Of a stretch of DNA of 64,000 bases, positions 11,966 to 24,360 are shown piece after piece. Below the pieces are notes generated by a model. That model had not been told where the DNA came from, ran no database searches, and was given only the letters and a program-made list of their open reading frames with translations. Origin of the DNA: Camelus dromedarius (taxonomy: Eukaryota). The stretch spans positions 26,908,001-26,972,000 of the forward strand of contig NC_087438.1 in assembly GCF_036321535.1 (NCBI RefSeq), read 5' to 3'. How positions within the stretch are numbered: position 1 is the stretch's first letter; each line of letters starts with the position of its first letter. The translations under genes were made by a program, and so were the position numbers.

Positions 11966-12069
11966 AATGCAGAAAATCCATGTCTTTGACTAAAGGAAGC
12001 AATGTGGGGCAAGGTGGGATACACACATGCGTGCACACACACACATACAGAGGACTGGTCTCTGCACAA

Positions 12070-12350
12070 CACGTTATTATTCTTTGGAGGATACACAATA
12101 TGTAAGACACACCCTCAACTTGGTGGTCTAATTGTAGAATAAAATCAATGAATACGTAAGTATCAGGAAACAATACGCAGACGGCATCCAGTGGTATAAA
12201 ATGCAGTGCTGTCAGACAGGGGTCGAGACCGGCACTGAAAGAGGATGAGAGGCTTCACGGAGGAGGTGTGATTTTGGCAAGAACAGGTAGGAGGCAGTTG
12301 GATGAAAAAGAGATAAGTGAGGGAGAAACGTGAGCCAAGAGACCCTGGGC
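12070..12350 (-). mobile_element. L2 fragment
   Basis: GAGGCTTCACGGAGGAGGTG-type antisense L2 sequence. Confidence 0.5.
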
Positions 12351-13467
12351 TCTAAGACATCTTTAAAGGATTGTGACCCTTAAAGCCACAACCTCCAACA
12401 GTTTGCTCTGTATAGTATTCAGCACGGTTTCTGGTGATGCAATAATAATAAGCTGCAACGGAGCCTTTACCAAGAAAACCAACATGAGCTCTCTCTGGGC
12501 GCTCCATCACTTTCCCATATGCAGAAGTCTAAGTGAAATTCAGCTGTCTAGTCTCTCTCCCCTTTCAGTTCCCTGCATAATTTCTGCCTCTGAGTTACAG
12601 GAAATTTCTTTCTGAAAAGCCATTTGCAGACAGATTGTAATATAATGCTCTTGCACATTCCACTCTAACAATCGATAAAGGCAGCACTCACTGCAGAAAT
12701 AATCAAACACAGGATGGAGTCTAACAGGCACAGAGCTGATATTTTAACTAAACCCAAGAAACTCACCGATTCTTTGCTCAGAGCTGTGGCCTGGTTCCTT
12801 TTCCTGCCTTTGTCTTATATTTTTATATACTTCTAAGGTCAAGCTTTTTGAAGTAGCTTATAGTTATTTCATTCTATTTTAGCTCTTCAAGGCTGCACCC
12901 AAGGTCAAATCTACATAAAAATAAGCATGCTGGCAGCCAGCAGAGAGTCTGTTATTCTAGGAAGAAATAACAGGGCAATCATGACCCTGGGTCCCCCTGC
13001 TCGCCCTCCTCACACTCTCCTTTTGACTCTGTAAGGAAGAGGCTTGAATGCTCATGGCCAGTATGTGCCAAGCAAATCAGAACTGCTTTCTTGGAGAAGA
13101 TAAGCTTTTCTAGTAAAGACACATCCTGTCCATAATGAAGCACCACGGGTGGGGGATGGGAGATCATCTGGGGACGTCATTTTCGTTCTATTAATTAGAT
13201 TAGGAGCAGATGAAAAACAGTGTTTCTCGTTCTTCTCACCACAGTTTTGTTCACCTTTCCTTTTTGGAACTGTTCTCTGGGGATGTATCACATTGTCCTC
13301 AGATCAACATCCCGAGCTTGTGCTTAAAAATCCCCTTTGGAGGCTGCTTGACAGGCCTTAAATAATACTGAGTCATAAACAACAACAATATTCTCTGCGT
13401 GAGATTTAAAGAAAATCATTCTCACTACAATGATTATTTTTAATCTTCAGAAAATATGAAGGAATTT

Positions 13468-13529
13468 ATTTTATAGCAGAAGAAATATATTTTATAGTAG
13501 AAGAAATACATTTTATAGTGAAGAAATAA
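13468..13529. repeat. Minisatellite, 3 x ~21 bp
   Basis: ATTTTATAGCAGAAGAAATAT / ATTTTATAGTAGAAGAAATAC / ATTTTATAGT-GAAGAAATAA. Confidence 0.9.
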
Positions 13530-13944
13530 GATCCTTCAGATATTCCACAGCTCAAGGCAGCATTCAGAGCTTTGATGAAGGGATTTTGGTGTTGCCTTTA
13601 AGTGAAAATTGGCGTCACTATGATTTATTAAATGGATGCTACTCTCTCTGCGATCCCACCTATGCCCACCCATGCTCCCCCCCCTACATATTCATATAAT
13701 TATAGAATTACAAGAGGACAGTGACTTCAGATCCCTGTATGACTGAACTGGGGTCAGGGAGGTTCAAGAATGTAATTAATAGTGCAAGGATTTATTCCCT
13801 GGGGAGTAGGTATATTGAGAAACTTGCCCCAGGCCATTGAAATGCCAATATATCTTCAGAAGTACTAAAGACATTAAAGACTCAAGAGTGGTCCAGATAA
13901 AGGGACTCCCTCTAAATCCTTCCCACGGTTAATCAGGAATAGAA

Positions 13945-14330
13945 TACCATGGATCACCACTCAGCAACAAAAAGGAATGAACCACTGATACTCAGTACAA
14001 CACTGATGAATCTCAAAATAATTAATGCTCAGTGAAAGTAGCCAGATCCATGTATACAAATTTCCGGGAATTGTAAACTAATCTATAGTGACAGAAAGCA
14101 GATTACTGGTTGTCTGGTGGAGTGGAGGGCCGCAGGGAGGAAACGCAAGCGGGGTCGGAGGAGGAGAACTACCATGGGGCATGAGAAAGCTTTTCAAGTT
14201 GAATCACATAGTCATTATATTAATCATAGTGATGTTTTCACAGGTGTATTCATACCTCAAAATGCATCAAATTATGCACTTTAAATAAATGCACTTTATT
14301 GTTTGGAACCTCAATAAAGCTGTTTTTAAA
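13945..14330 (+). mobile_element. Old L1 (L1MB/MC/ME-type) 3' end
   Basis: CACTCAGCAACAAAAAGGAATGAACC, AACTAATCTATAGTGACAGAAAGCAGAT and terminal CTCAATAAAGCTGTTTTTAAAA. Confidence 0.8.
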
Positions 14331-14675
14331 ACTCAGTGATAGAACAAATAGACAACAGTGGATGGGGGAATTGACAAGGAGAGGAAAAAAAGCCAGCCGG
14401 TGGGCTGTTTCACGCAGTGCAGCCCAGACACTTGTACTGCAGTGCACTTCCTTCCTGTTTCAACTGAGTGCCTCGAAAATGCATTCTTGCCCTGCTATTT
14501 CACTTTACATCTCTAGAAAAGAACTACGCCTAAACCACAGCAAAGGGATGACGAGATAACCCATCTTACTAACCCATTTCAACAGCGAAGGAAATTCTCT
14601 CTTACTTTTTGGATATAGCTCATCACCTACACATCATCTACACACTAATATCTTTCTTTTGGACACTTGATGCTT

Positions 14676-14780
14676 TTTTAAAAATTATTTTATTTTGTTT
14701 TTAGTGGAGGTACTGGGGATTGAACCCAGGACCTCCTGCATGCTAAGCACACACTCTACCACTGAGTTACACCCCTCCCC
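14676..14780 (-). mobile_element. Camelid tRNA-Ala-derived SINE (Vic-1-like), short form
   Basis: Minus strand GGGGAGGGGTGTAACTCAGTGGTAGAGTGTGTGCTTAGCATGCAGGAGGTCCTGGGTTCAATCCCCAGTACCTCC plus A-rich tail; A- and B-boxes present. Confidence 0.9.
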
Positions 14781-14954
14781 ACCTTAATGCTCTTTATTGG
14801 TTGCCATAAGAATTTTGGTGGGAGAGGTTTCCCAACCCTCAGTCCTCAAATAATCTATGTAATTGTGGAGAAAACAGATGAGCATCTGGACAACTGACTT
14901 TGTTCCTCCAAAAAACTTGTGATGGGGAAGGTAAAAAAAAAAAGATAAATAAAA

Positions 14955-15155
14955 ACTATTATATATAAGAAGGATAAACAAGGCCCTACTGTATAGCACT
15001 GGGAACAGGATATATTCAATATCTTGTAATAACCTATAACGAAAAAGAATATGAAAAATGATATATATATGTATAACTGAATCACTATGCTATACTCCAG
15101 AAACCAATACAACATTGTAAATCAACTATATTTCAATAAAAAACAAACAAACAAA
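14955..15155 (+). mobile_element. Cetartiodactyl L1 3'UTR fragment
   Basis: ATAAACAAGGCCCTACTGTATAGCAC...CAACATTGTAAATCAACTATATTTCAATAAAAAAC. Confidence 0.9.
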
Positions 15156-15548
15156 TGGAAGATATGTAACAAACAAATGCAATGAGAGGCCCTTGATAGG
15201 ATCATTGTTCAATCAGTCCAATCGTAAACAGACTTCCTTGGGACAACTGGGAGTGTGTAAGTGCATGAAAGACGATATTAGGGAATTTCATGAGTGGGAA
15301 AATGGCATGGCTACACACAAAAATATCTACGATGTTTAGAGATTCGTATGGCGATATGAGAGGGAGATCTGACTGAGGACTGGGATTTGCTTTAAAAAAC
15401 TTTAGAAGAGAAATGTGGCGAAGGAATGGGGCAACTGTGACAAAACTCTTAATAATTGTTGACTCTGGGTGATGGCACTGGAGGATTCAGTTAACTATTC
15501 TTTTTCCTTTTGTATATATTTGAATTTTTCAAAATTAAAAATGCTTAA
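15156..15548 (+). mobile_element. Old L1 (L1MC-like) 3' end
   Basis: AATAATTGTTGACTCTGGGTGATGG...TTTGTATATATTTGAATTTTTCAAAATTAAAA. Confidence 0.65.
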
Positions 15549-16864
15549 AGACTTTGTTAAAGTACTTGTTACATTTGAGAAAGAGGAGCGGGGCATGAAT
15601 CACAGTGATGACCAAAGAAGAAAAGGAACTGACCTGCAAACAAGCAGATGGGTTGAGGGGGAGGTGTGGAGGTGGGGCAGGGAGGTGGGTGGTGGGTTTG
15701 GAGCTGCCTCGGATCTATTTCTAGAATTGATCGAGCCTGACTGCTTGACCTGGGAGAACTCCCTCACTCAAGTGAAACTGGGAAGAGTGCTCTGCCTCCC
15801 AGATGAGCGTGAGGATTAATGGCCTTTGCTGCAGGGTGGGTAGAGCTATTCAAGGGCCTTGTGTTCTGCTAAGTGTCCTGATGAGCTCCGATGGCTCTAC
15901 CTGCTCCACGCTGCTCCTAGATCAGAAGACAGGCGGCGGCCAGCCCCCATGTTCTGCTCCTGTCCCTAGTGAGGTTGACTTTCCAGGAGCCACTTCATCT
16001 CAGAAACACCGCTGTTTTCTCTGACGCGTTTGAACTTGAAAATCCATCTCTCTGTGTTGGGGCTCTTTAACCCTTGTGGTCCCCTCCCTAGGGTACCACA
16101 GACAAGAACCAGGCGACAAGAAAGCGAGATGACCCCAAACAAGCTCTCCCTCTACATTTACGGGGCCAACCATGACTTTTCTCAAGGCCCACAAATTATA
16201 GGGAGGGAAAGGGTGGAAAAATCCAGAAAGAAGAAAAAACACCCAATCATACCACCCATAAAAACATGCCAGATGGGAGGGGAAGATGCCTATAATTCTG
16301 CTGGTTTTCAAATGTATTTATTTAGTTCAGTCATTTATGAAACAAAACCCAGAAATTCCAGGCATCTCTCCTAAACAAAAGAACCACTAATGTTTGCTTC
16401 TGGTCAGCATGTAAAACTTGGTTAAAACTCAAATGTTAGACATAGGTTCCTAAGGAAGGTCCCTTACAGGCCAGCCCTCAGATATGAAGTGCCCGCCACG
16501 TACTTGCTTGTCTAGCTGTTAGAGTTCAACCCAGAGTTATCAACAACTGGAAAAATATCCATGAGATGCTCTTTCTCCCTTTGCCAAGCAGAAACTTCCT
16601 CCAAAACAGCCATCAAAAAAGAAATATAGGTGATTATTCAAACCACGGCACTGCTGAGCTCTTTTCTCACTGTCCCGAGCCCCTCAAAGAAATCTTGATT
16701 CGGACTATCTAGATTTTACAATGTTATCAGTCGTCAACAGATTTCAACCTTCCTTGAAAGTGCTTCCAATTGTTTCAGTGGCTTAAGCAACCTAAATCAA
16801 CACTGGATATAGCAAAGAAAACAAACTACTTATAAACGTTCCCATACCTGCCAAAACTGGAAAG

Positions 16865-16874
16865 CTATAAATAG
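16865..16874. promoter_or_regulatory. Consensus MEF2 site (also TATA-like)
   Basis: CTATAAATAG matches CTA(A/T)4TAG, in unique sequence; motif only. Confidence 0.25.
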
Positions 16875-17472
16875 GGGCTAGCAAACACTGTTCAAAAATA
16901 TTTCTCAGGGAGAAAACAGGCGGAAAAGAGTGAATAATTTTCAAAGGATTTTTTTTTTTTTAAAGTTAGTTCATTTTGCAACTTGGAATTTCTGTGGCCA
17001 TAAGGAAGTGAGGAAAACATAACTCAGCCATGATAATATGTTTCCTACACTCAAAGGATGTTAAAATGCCTTCAGCTTGGTTGAAGCAATTACATTGTAC
17101 ACAATATTGATAAGTGTTTCATTCAGCTTGTCATTTCTCCTACTGCTTCTGAGAGAAAGTAGTCTTTTTTTCTGTATCATTAGCCCTTTTGTACTTTTAA
17201 GAAAAACAGGCTTTTTTTTTTCCTCCCCCAGAGAAAGCTTGGTTTGTCAAAGTCATTTAACTACTAAACTGGAACCAAGATTCAAATCTATAGTCACTTC
17301 TCTTACTGAATCGCCCAACTATCTCTTTAATCGTGCCATCTGTTACTTGTTTTTCTGGCACTTAAAAGTGCTCACTATTACTGTTCTAAGGGACAGAAAT
17401 CTTTGGAGTTTAAGTTTTGAATTAGGATCTTGCTTCTGCCATTACTAGCTGTGTAACCCAGGGTCAGTTCTT

Positions 17473-17700
17473 TTTTATTTTATTTGTTTAAATTTTTTTT
17501 TAACTTCTTTTTTTAAACATTTTATTTTTTATATTTTATTTATTTATTATTGTATTATTTAATTATTTTGTTTTGGCAGTGGCGGGGGGAGAGGTAATTA
17601 GGTTATTTATTTTTAGAGGAGATACTGGGGATAGAACCTATGACCTCATGCATTCATGCATGCAAAGCACGCACTCTACCACTTGCGCTATACCCTTCCC
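17473..17700 (-). mobile_element. Camelid SINE, long form, inserted into a MIR
   Basis: tRNA-like head, CCTAATTACCTC-type extension and long A-rich tail; 13-bp TSD AGGGTCAGTTCTT at 17460-17472 and 17704-17716. Confidence 0.92.
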
Positions 17701-17889
17701 ACTAGGGTCAGTTCTTAAACTCTACCTGCCTTGGTTCTTCCAGAAGTGTCCCATGTGGTTTGCTTCTCAAAACTTCATGCTGAGTTGATCTGGCTCCTGA
17801 TTCAATGACTGAAAATAAATCTCCTTAGGAAAAGAGCCTGAGGGGATAAGATTATGTCCTTAGTGTGCAGAATCGGGCCACATCACTAA

Positions 17890-17985
17890 TTTTCTCTTCT
17901 GTAAGTTGAAAATTAAATGAAATAGTATATGTGAGGTGCTTAACCTAATGTGTGGCAATGCAAGTATTCAGTAAATGCTGCAGTT
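17890..17985 (+). mobile_element. MIR fragment
   Basis: TTTTCTCTTCTGTAAG...ATTAAATGAAATAGTATATGTGAGGTGCTT. Confidence 0.6.
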
Positions 17986-18696
17986 AGTTTTAATAATAAA
18001 TGCTTTCTGATTAGAATTACAGATCAATCGTTTCCTTGATTAAAAGGACTTCATGTATATGCACATGCATGAATATAAAGTGACCGAAAAATGCCATACA
18101 CATGTAAATGACAGTATTTTTCTAAGGGACAGTTTGATCCAAAAACATTGGTGAAGCCATGAACTTCACCCTCCTCTTCTACAGCACAGCCTTGCCAACC
18201 CCACTTCAAAACAGATGCTTTGTTCATTCTTTCACTAGTTTCCTCCCTTCTGTTTGGAATATGAAACATTCCTCTTTGGATTCTGACCCTACAAAGGGGA
18301 AGAGCCACAAGACCAAGAATATTCAGAGCCTGGGATTAAATGCCGAGGTGGTCCTGCCTTTATATGTGAAGCTTTAATCTTGCTGCAGACCCTGAAGGAC
18401 TTGTCACTCTAGGAAATGTTTCTCGAAGCCAAGAAGAAATTCAGCAGGACTAAGACTGCCTAGGGACCCCAGCACATTGGGCTACTTCATTCCTCTTGAG
18501 GGGTGGTTTAATTTCTGTAAGAAATACACACCGTGTGTGGTTCCCCCATATGCATATATGGTATCCCCGTGTAGTTTTTCATGTTCTTTTTCATCCTTTC
18601 TTATCTCTCGGTGTACACAGCCTAGAAGAGCATGGTTGGAAGGCTTTGCTGTTACTGACTGCGCTGCTTTTCCAGAGGAGATGGGCAAAAAAGATG

Positions 18697-19220
18697 TGTT
18701 AGTCTGGGCCTCCAAGAAGCAGCTGCTGAGATGGGATTATACACGCAAGGATTTAACAGGGGAAATGCCTGTGACAGACCAGGTGTGGGCAGCTGGTGTG
18801 GCTGGGAGTGTCAATGTGGGACCTACCCCAAATAGAAAGAGGAATGAGGTTGGGTGGATGCATCTTAGGTGGCCCTGGCAGGCTACAGAGGAGTCCTTGA
18901 GTGAAAGTCAGCTGTCAGAGGAGTCCTGTGTCACCCAGGAACAGGCCTGCTACGGAATCCCTGCTGTGTACAGCCATGGGCTAGGACCGGCCTGAAGACA
19001 GTGTGACGTGTGACCCTAGTGCAAGCAGAGCTGGGACTCAGATGGCAGCAGCTGGGGTCGGCTTTGCTCCCTGTATTTGGAAGTCTTTGAGGTGCATTCT
19101 CACAGCTGTCCCAGGAGAAACGGTCACTATCTGCCGCAGGATCTCGTACAGAGACCTCAGGCGGCTGGAGAAGGGAGAGGCACCTATGGAAAATAGGGAC
19201 TGACCCCTCCCCCGGTCACA
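18697..19220 (-). mobile_element. Old ERVL LTR (LTR33/LTR40-like)
   Basis: TGTTAGTCTGGGCCTCCAAGAAGCAG...GCAAGGATTTAACAGGGGAAATGCCTGTGA start; ends GGTCACA. Confidence 0.55.
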
Positions 19221-19267
19221 TATGCACGCGCACGCGCGCACGCGCACGCGCACACACACACACACGC
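19217..19267. repeat. Mixed (CG)/(CA) microsatellite, perfectly alternating purine-pyrimidine
   Basis: CACATATGCACGCGCACGCGCGCACGCGCACGCGCACACACACACACACGC, 51 bp. Confidence 0.95.
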
Positions 19268-19711
19268 TCGCACATTCACACTCAGACACACGCTATGAAC
19301 ACGATACACTACGGGAGACCTACATATTCCTAAGGGCACAAATACACAGCCCTCTGCCAAACAGTGTGTGTCAGAGGAAGTCCCCACAGTTCTGTGCGCT
19401 TGGCATGTGGGTATGGGGACCACTCTGTCAGGATGACCTGGTCCCTCACAGCCAGCAGCTCAGCAGAGGGCACACTTCAAATTTCCTCTGGACTGGAAAG
19501 ATGTCTTAGCAGTGGTGCTGGCTGAAGAGTTAAGGAAGAGAAATGAGAGGAAGAAAAGGAGAGAAGGGCAGAGAGAAACAGAGAAAACCAAAAGTTTCCG
19601 ATTCACATTCAGGCCTCCATTCTGTGCTCTGCCTGAGGCTGAGAAAGAGGCAGGAGAGGCCAGTTAACTCAGCCAAATTCCCCCGAAGGAAAGTGATGCT
19701 GACAGCTGGCT

Positions 19712-19743
19712 GGGGGCTGGGGGTTGGGGGTGGGGGCCGTGGG
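19712..19743 (+). other. G-quadruplex-forming motif
   Basis: G5 CT G5 TT G5 T G5 CCGT G3. Confidence 0.8.
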
Positions 19744-20391
19744 CAGGAAACCTCCTGAAGTAGTTAAGTCGATGAAATAGCTCTGGGGTGATCAGTGGGG
19801 TCTCAGTGGAACAGCTTCAGTGATTTTTTTTTCAGGCTTCCTTCATTTATTTGACTCAGTAGAGCAATTGATGTGTCTACGTTTGGGTGAACATGAGATC
19901 ACACCTTTGTGTCAATGCATATATTTCACAGGGTGATACCATCATGTTCCCAGTCTCAGCATTTATAGTCTCTCTCTGTATACACTTTTCAGACACGGTA
20001 TGAGCTGGAAATTTTCACTCAACCCTTTTCCGCATAGAATGTCTGAGTTTTTTCCTAATGGTTTTCTGTGACATACAATTAAAATAAAATTCACACTGAA
20101 GGCACAACCCCCTTCACAGTGTTCATAAGGTTTCTCTCCTGTGCAAATCCTCTGTTATCTCCTGCAGGTGCACATCCGGCCACAGGTTCAGCCATGGGTT
20201 CCTTAGCACTGGAACCCACCCTCCATGGGAGGCACGGACCTGAGTGGAGGACAGGCCTTGCACAGGGGCAGAAACTGGATAAACAGAGGAGCCAGGCCAA
20301 GTTGTGGGGGTGGCAGGGGGAGAGCCCAGAGCGGGAGCCACATTCCCCGGGCAGAGCCCTGCTCCAGTGGATGTTTGAGGAGAACCTTGTG

Positions 20392-21270
20392 ATTCATTCA
20401 ACAAACAGCGATGGACACCCTGCTAATCTTTATGCCTGGCACAGAGAATGCAATTCATTGTGACAGAAAACAGAGGTTGTCCTTGCCCACATGGGGCTAC
20501 ATTCTAGTTGGGGAGACAGTATTAACAAAACAACTGGCAAGTAAGTGTCAAATTGTGACAGTGGTAAGTGCTCTGAAGGGGCACATGCCTTGGTGCCATG
20601 AAAAGATAGAATGGGGAGATTTGGTTCATCCCAGAAAGTTGGAAAAGTGTCTGCTAGCTGAGATCTGAAGTGTCAGACAGCATGAAACTTGCACACAGGA
20701 GAGGGCAGAGTATGGCAGGCCGAGAGAGCACGGACGCATCGGCCCTTTGGTGGGAGGAGAAACAGTGCTCGGGGAGACTGGACTACAGACGGACGCTGAG
20801 GGGACCAAGGCCAGACAAGAGGCTGGAGATGCATCAAGGTAAGATTAAGCTCTCACGGGCCATTTGAGGGGCTTCATTTTTGTCCCAGAAGAGGAGGAGG
20901 CTATTGAAAGGTTTTCCAGTGGAAAAGGGACATGATGAGATTTGCATTCTAATAAAGAAAAAAAAAGTCACCCTAGCTGCAGTGTGGAGCTGAATTGGAG
21001 AAGGCGAGAGGGAGGGAATGCAGGCAGAATACTTAGTGCAAGAGACGCTGGTGGCCCTGACCTGGAGGGTAGTCAAGGGGAGTCAAGAGGTAATTAGGGG
21101 ACAAGATCGAAATGAGTTGGCAATGACTTAGACACGGGCTGAGACAGCAGGAGTGATGCCTAGCTTTCTGGCTTGCACATCTAGCTGGGTGGGGACGCCT
21201 TCATGGAGGGGGGAGCCAAGCAGAAGAACCAGGCTTGGGAAGGAGGTGGGGGGTGTTTGCTGAGACATCC
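20392..21270 (-). mobile_element. L2 LINE fragment
   Basis: ATTCATTCAACAAAC start (L2 tail, antisense); GCTGCAGTGTGGAG and TGGTGGCCCTGACCTGGAG blocks. Confidence 0.8.
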
Positions 21271-21771
21271 AGGCAGTGGCATCCCTGGCTCTAGTCTCTA
21301 ACAGTCAGGGTGCGAAGCAGGCTTCTGTGGTTCGGTGGCACTGTCCTTAGGAGGGGTCGGGGGGGAGGGGCACTGAAGACAAGGGTCAGTGGGGCCTGGG
21401 CCTGCACGTGGGCACTTGTAGCTCCTCGTGCCTCTCCTCAGAGAAGCAGGAGCAGCGCCGCGTCCTGGGTACTTGAGTGAGGCTGCGCAAGAGTTTCTGA
21501 CACTGAGTAAACAGGGCTCGAAAGAACCCAAAGGATCAGAGGAGACCTAGGAGGGGCTCTTGAGTCCTCAACAGAAGGAAGTCCTGGGGCCTCATCTTTG
21601 TCCTTCATACCCTGAATGTGAGCTACCCAGAGTCTAACAACACTGTTGACCTTCGCTGGGGTTTGGTTTCATGGGAACCTAGGAAAGCACAGCGTGTTCC
21701 TGCACGTGGACAGTGTTATCTTTGGCTTGGCCTCGGGCTGCCCCAGGCACAGAACATTCCAGATGGTGCTT

Positions 21772-21790
21772 CTGCCACCTGGAGGGCAGA
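21772..21790 (-). promoter_or_regulatory. CTCF-like motif
   Basis: Minus strand TCTGCCCTCCAGGTGGCAG fits the core CCNCNAGRKGGCR. Confidence 0.5.
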
Positions 21791-23754
21791 AGCAGGGACG
21801 TAGCCTGGTCCTCCTGCTTCTCTCCCCCATAGTGTGGGGACACAGACGCTCCACAGGGGAAACCAGGAACCGGTTTCCCCAAGAAGTTGTACAAACAAGT
21901 ATCAACAGGGCCAACAAGGTTCTGGGAAGTCGGGTATGGGTACCAGTGTGTTCCTTGAGAGCCTGAGGGCAGCTGGACACCCCCTTCTCTCATAGGACAC
22001 TTCTGGGTGCTACTATCAGAAAGGGAATGATGGGTGGTTAATCCCTAGGCCTGTCTGATTGGTCTGTTTTTATGTTGCCTTAGATGTGGTTAGAACCCTT
22101 CCCACCAGGGAACGGGGACAGACTTAACCCCCCTTAACGGGGAACTTGGGAGGAGGAATTAAGGATGGTGACTCAGCTAGTACCTCTCCTGTTTTGAGGT
22201 CTCTCCATTTGCATGAAGCATATATGTTCATCAGCTCAAGAGTTTAGCAAGAATAGCAGTTGCCCTGCCTTACCTGATGGGGTGGGTAGGTTGTATCCTG
22301 CAGCACAGTCGTAAGAAATCCATTTAGCCTTCCTACTAAACTGCTTTCTAATATCAGCTTTATCAATACTAAAGGTGACTTTTCAAAAAATCTCCATCTG
22401 CCCACTTTTCATGTCTATGTTGAGCAAAAAACTGGAGTGTTGGGCCCCTTAGAACGCCAACATATACAGAATACTATTGAGACCATCAAACCCAGGGGAT
22501 TTTTCTACAACTTAAAAGTGAAGCATCCTTCCAGTTGACAGAATTCAGCTCCTTGAGAGAACTGAGCTTAACCTTCCAACGATTATCTCTATATGATGTG
22601 GTACTAGTATATAATGGATACTTTCTTCCATCAATAAGTGTGAATTAGTCATATAGCTCTCACAATGCAGGGAAAACCGAAGAAAAGGTGTTTTTGTGCC
22701 TTTCCCAGCACTCACAGACTGGCCAGGCAGAGTTATTTTCCATTTGCTTCTCCAAATCCATTTCCACCCTTCCCCACTCCACCCTGCGTCCTAGGAGGCT
22801 GGCCCGTAAGGACTGCATCAGTGGCTCCTGTTGGGTTCAGTCAATGGGAGCCACTTGAAAGAGGTAAGAGGGTGACAGAGAGAGAGGTCAGGGCATTTTG
22901 ACCTCAGTCTCTGCTGTTCTGGTCCTGCTCCTCTACTGATGGTCACACGATCAGATGGCTCCCCTCCCATATTACAGCTCTTACTAAATTCCAGTAATGC
23001 CACCTTCTCTTCTTGCCCCTTCCAGCCTTGTAGTAGTAACGGCCACTCACTGTCACTAGCCCCTTGGTATTTCACCATCCCTTCGGACATGTCTACAAAT
23101 AGTCCCCTTTATAATACTCTTTGATTACTGCCTGGAATTCACTGTTTTCTGTTGAGACCTGAGCATGTTACCAGAGTAGATTAAAAAACATCTGAATCTC
23201 AGTCCAGATTCTTTGCCATGTTCACACATTCCCTGCCATATACAGCAACCAGCTACCTTCTAGAGAGATGCCTCTTTGGGATGCCCCACCCCTCGCACGC
23301 ATACCTCCCTGTGCAGACACAGTCCCCAAGCTGTCTCCAGGCAACAGGCAGGGAGATCATTTCAGCACTGAGAATATCTGCATTAGAAACACCTCCAGCT
23401 CCATGTGACTTAGGACCTTTGCCATTCTAGAAAGTCTCAAACACCCCTCCCCCACGACATTCAGAGAAGAACAAAAGTTACTAATGTGATAATAAATTTC
23501 ACAATGCCTTTATTTGATTAGAAATGCTTTTACCCTTTGCTGTGTCCAAAACTAAATAAATTGTTGGAATCAGATTTGATATTCATTAGCCTTAGTCTGT
23601 GGGACACCTGATTTGCTTTCATAGTATCTGGTGAGTATCCCAGAGTTAGGCAGGAGGGAGAACTTAAGGATGATTTTCTTTATTGGACATTTTCCCACTG
23701 GTCCCCAAAGTGGAGGAGTTTGGCTTTACGAATTCCAGATAATAGAGAATAATG

Positions 23755-24120
23755 CACTTAACTGACATTTATTGAGTATATATTATGAGGTAGACATGAT
23801 CCTAGTCATTTTACACGTAAAACCTCCCAACATTCACAACAATGGTGCAAAAAGTTATCATCATTTCATTTTACAAAAGAGGAAATTGAAGCGCAGAGAG
23901 GTGAAATGATTTTCCTAAAGAGAAAGAGCTAGTGAGTATTGATCAGAATTTGGACCTGGGTTAAAAACTTCCAAAACACTTCTTCAGTCTGCCATTTTGG
24001 TCCCTTGTTTCTGGGCAAACATGTGGTTTGATCTTTGTCATTAACCAGCTATGCGATGTTGGACAATTCTCTTCCACCTCTCTGGGCTTCAGTTTCCCTA
24101 TCTGTAAAATGAAGAGGCAG
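23755..24120. mobile_element. Two MIR fragments in opposite orientations
   Basis: ATTTTACAAAAGAGGAAATTGAAGCGCAGAGAGG (minus) and CTCTGGGCTTCAGTTTCCCTATCTGTAAAATG (plus) MIR cores. Confidence 0.8.
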
Positions 24121-24191
24121 AGCTAAAAGAAATTGATGCTCCAAAATTATTTGATGTTAATGTTGATGTAAACACATTCTCCAATAATGGG

Positions 24192-24360
24192 TTGTATCAG
24201 TCAGGATATGGAAGTCACTCTAGTTATTTAAGCAGAAAGAAATTTAAAACAGAAATTTAGGTGCATACAAAGGTGACTGGCAGAGCTGGAGGAGAAGGTC
24301 TGGGATGGTTTGCCAGGAATGACCCCCAGAACAACCCTGCTGATTATCGGGCTGGGATGT
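24192..24360 (-). mobile_element. Ancient MaLR-type LTR fragment
   Basis: TGTATCAGTCAGGAT..CACTCTAGTTATTTAAGCAGAAAG..ATTTAA. Confidence 0.45.

Noticed and set aside
14676-14780. tRNA-Ala-like sequences (also 17473, 38437, 54697) as tRNA genes
   Set aside because: They have diverged cloverleaf arms, non-tRNA 3' extensions, A-rich tails and TSDs, so they are SINE copies.
18477-18995. 172-aa plus-strand ORF (and similar track ORFs, e.g. 9736..10254, 50405..50830, 55525..55923)
   Set aside because: No recognisable domain; non-ATG or chance starts. 18477..18995 runs into an LTR, and 9736..10254 crosses a polypyrimidine tract. Lengths are compatible with random ORFs.
21560-22231. Possible unclassified LTR around the CTCF-like site
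   Set aside because: No clear termini, TSD or polyA signal identified; kept as unique regulatory-like DNA.
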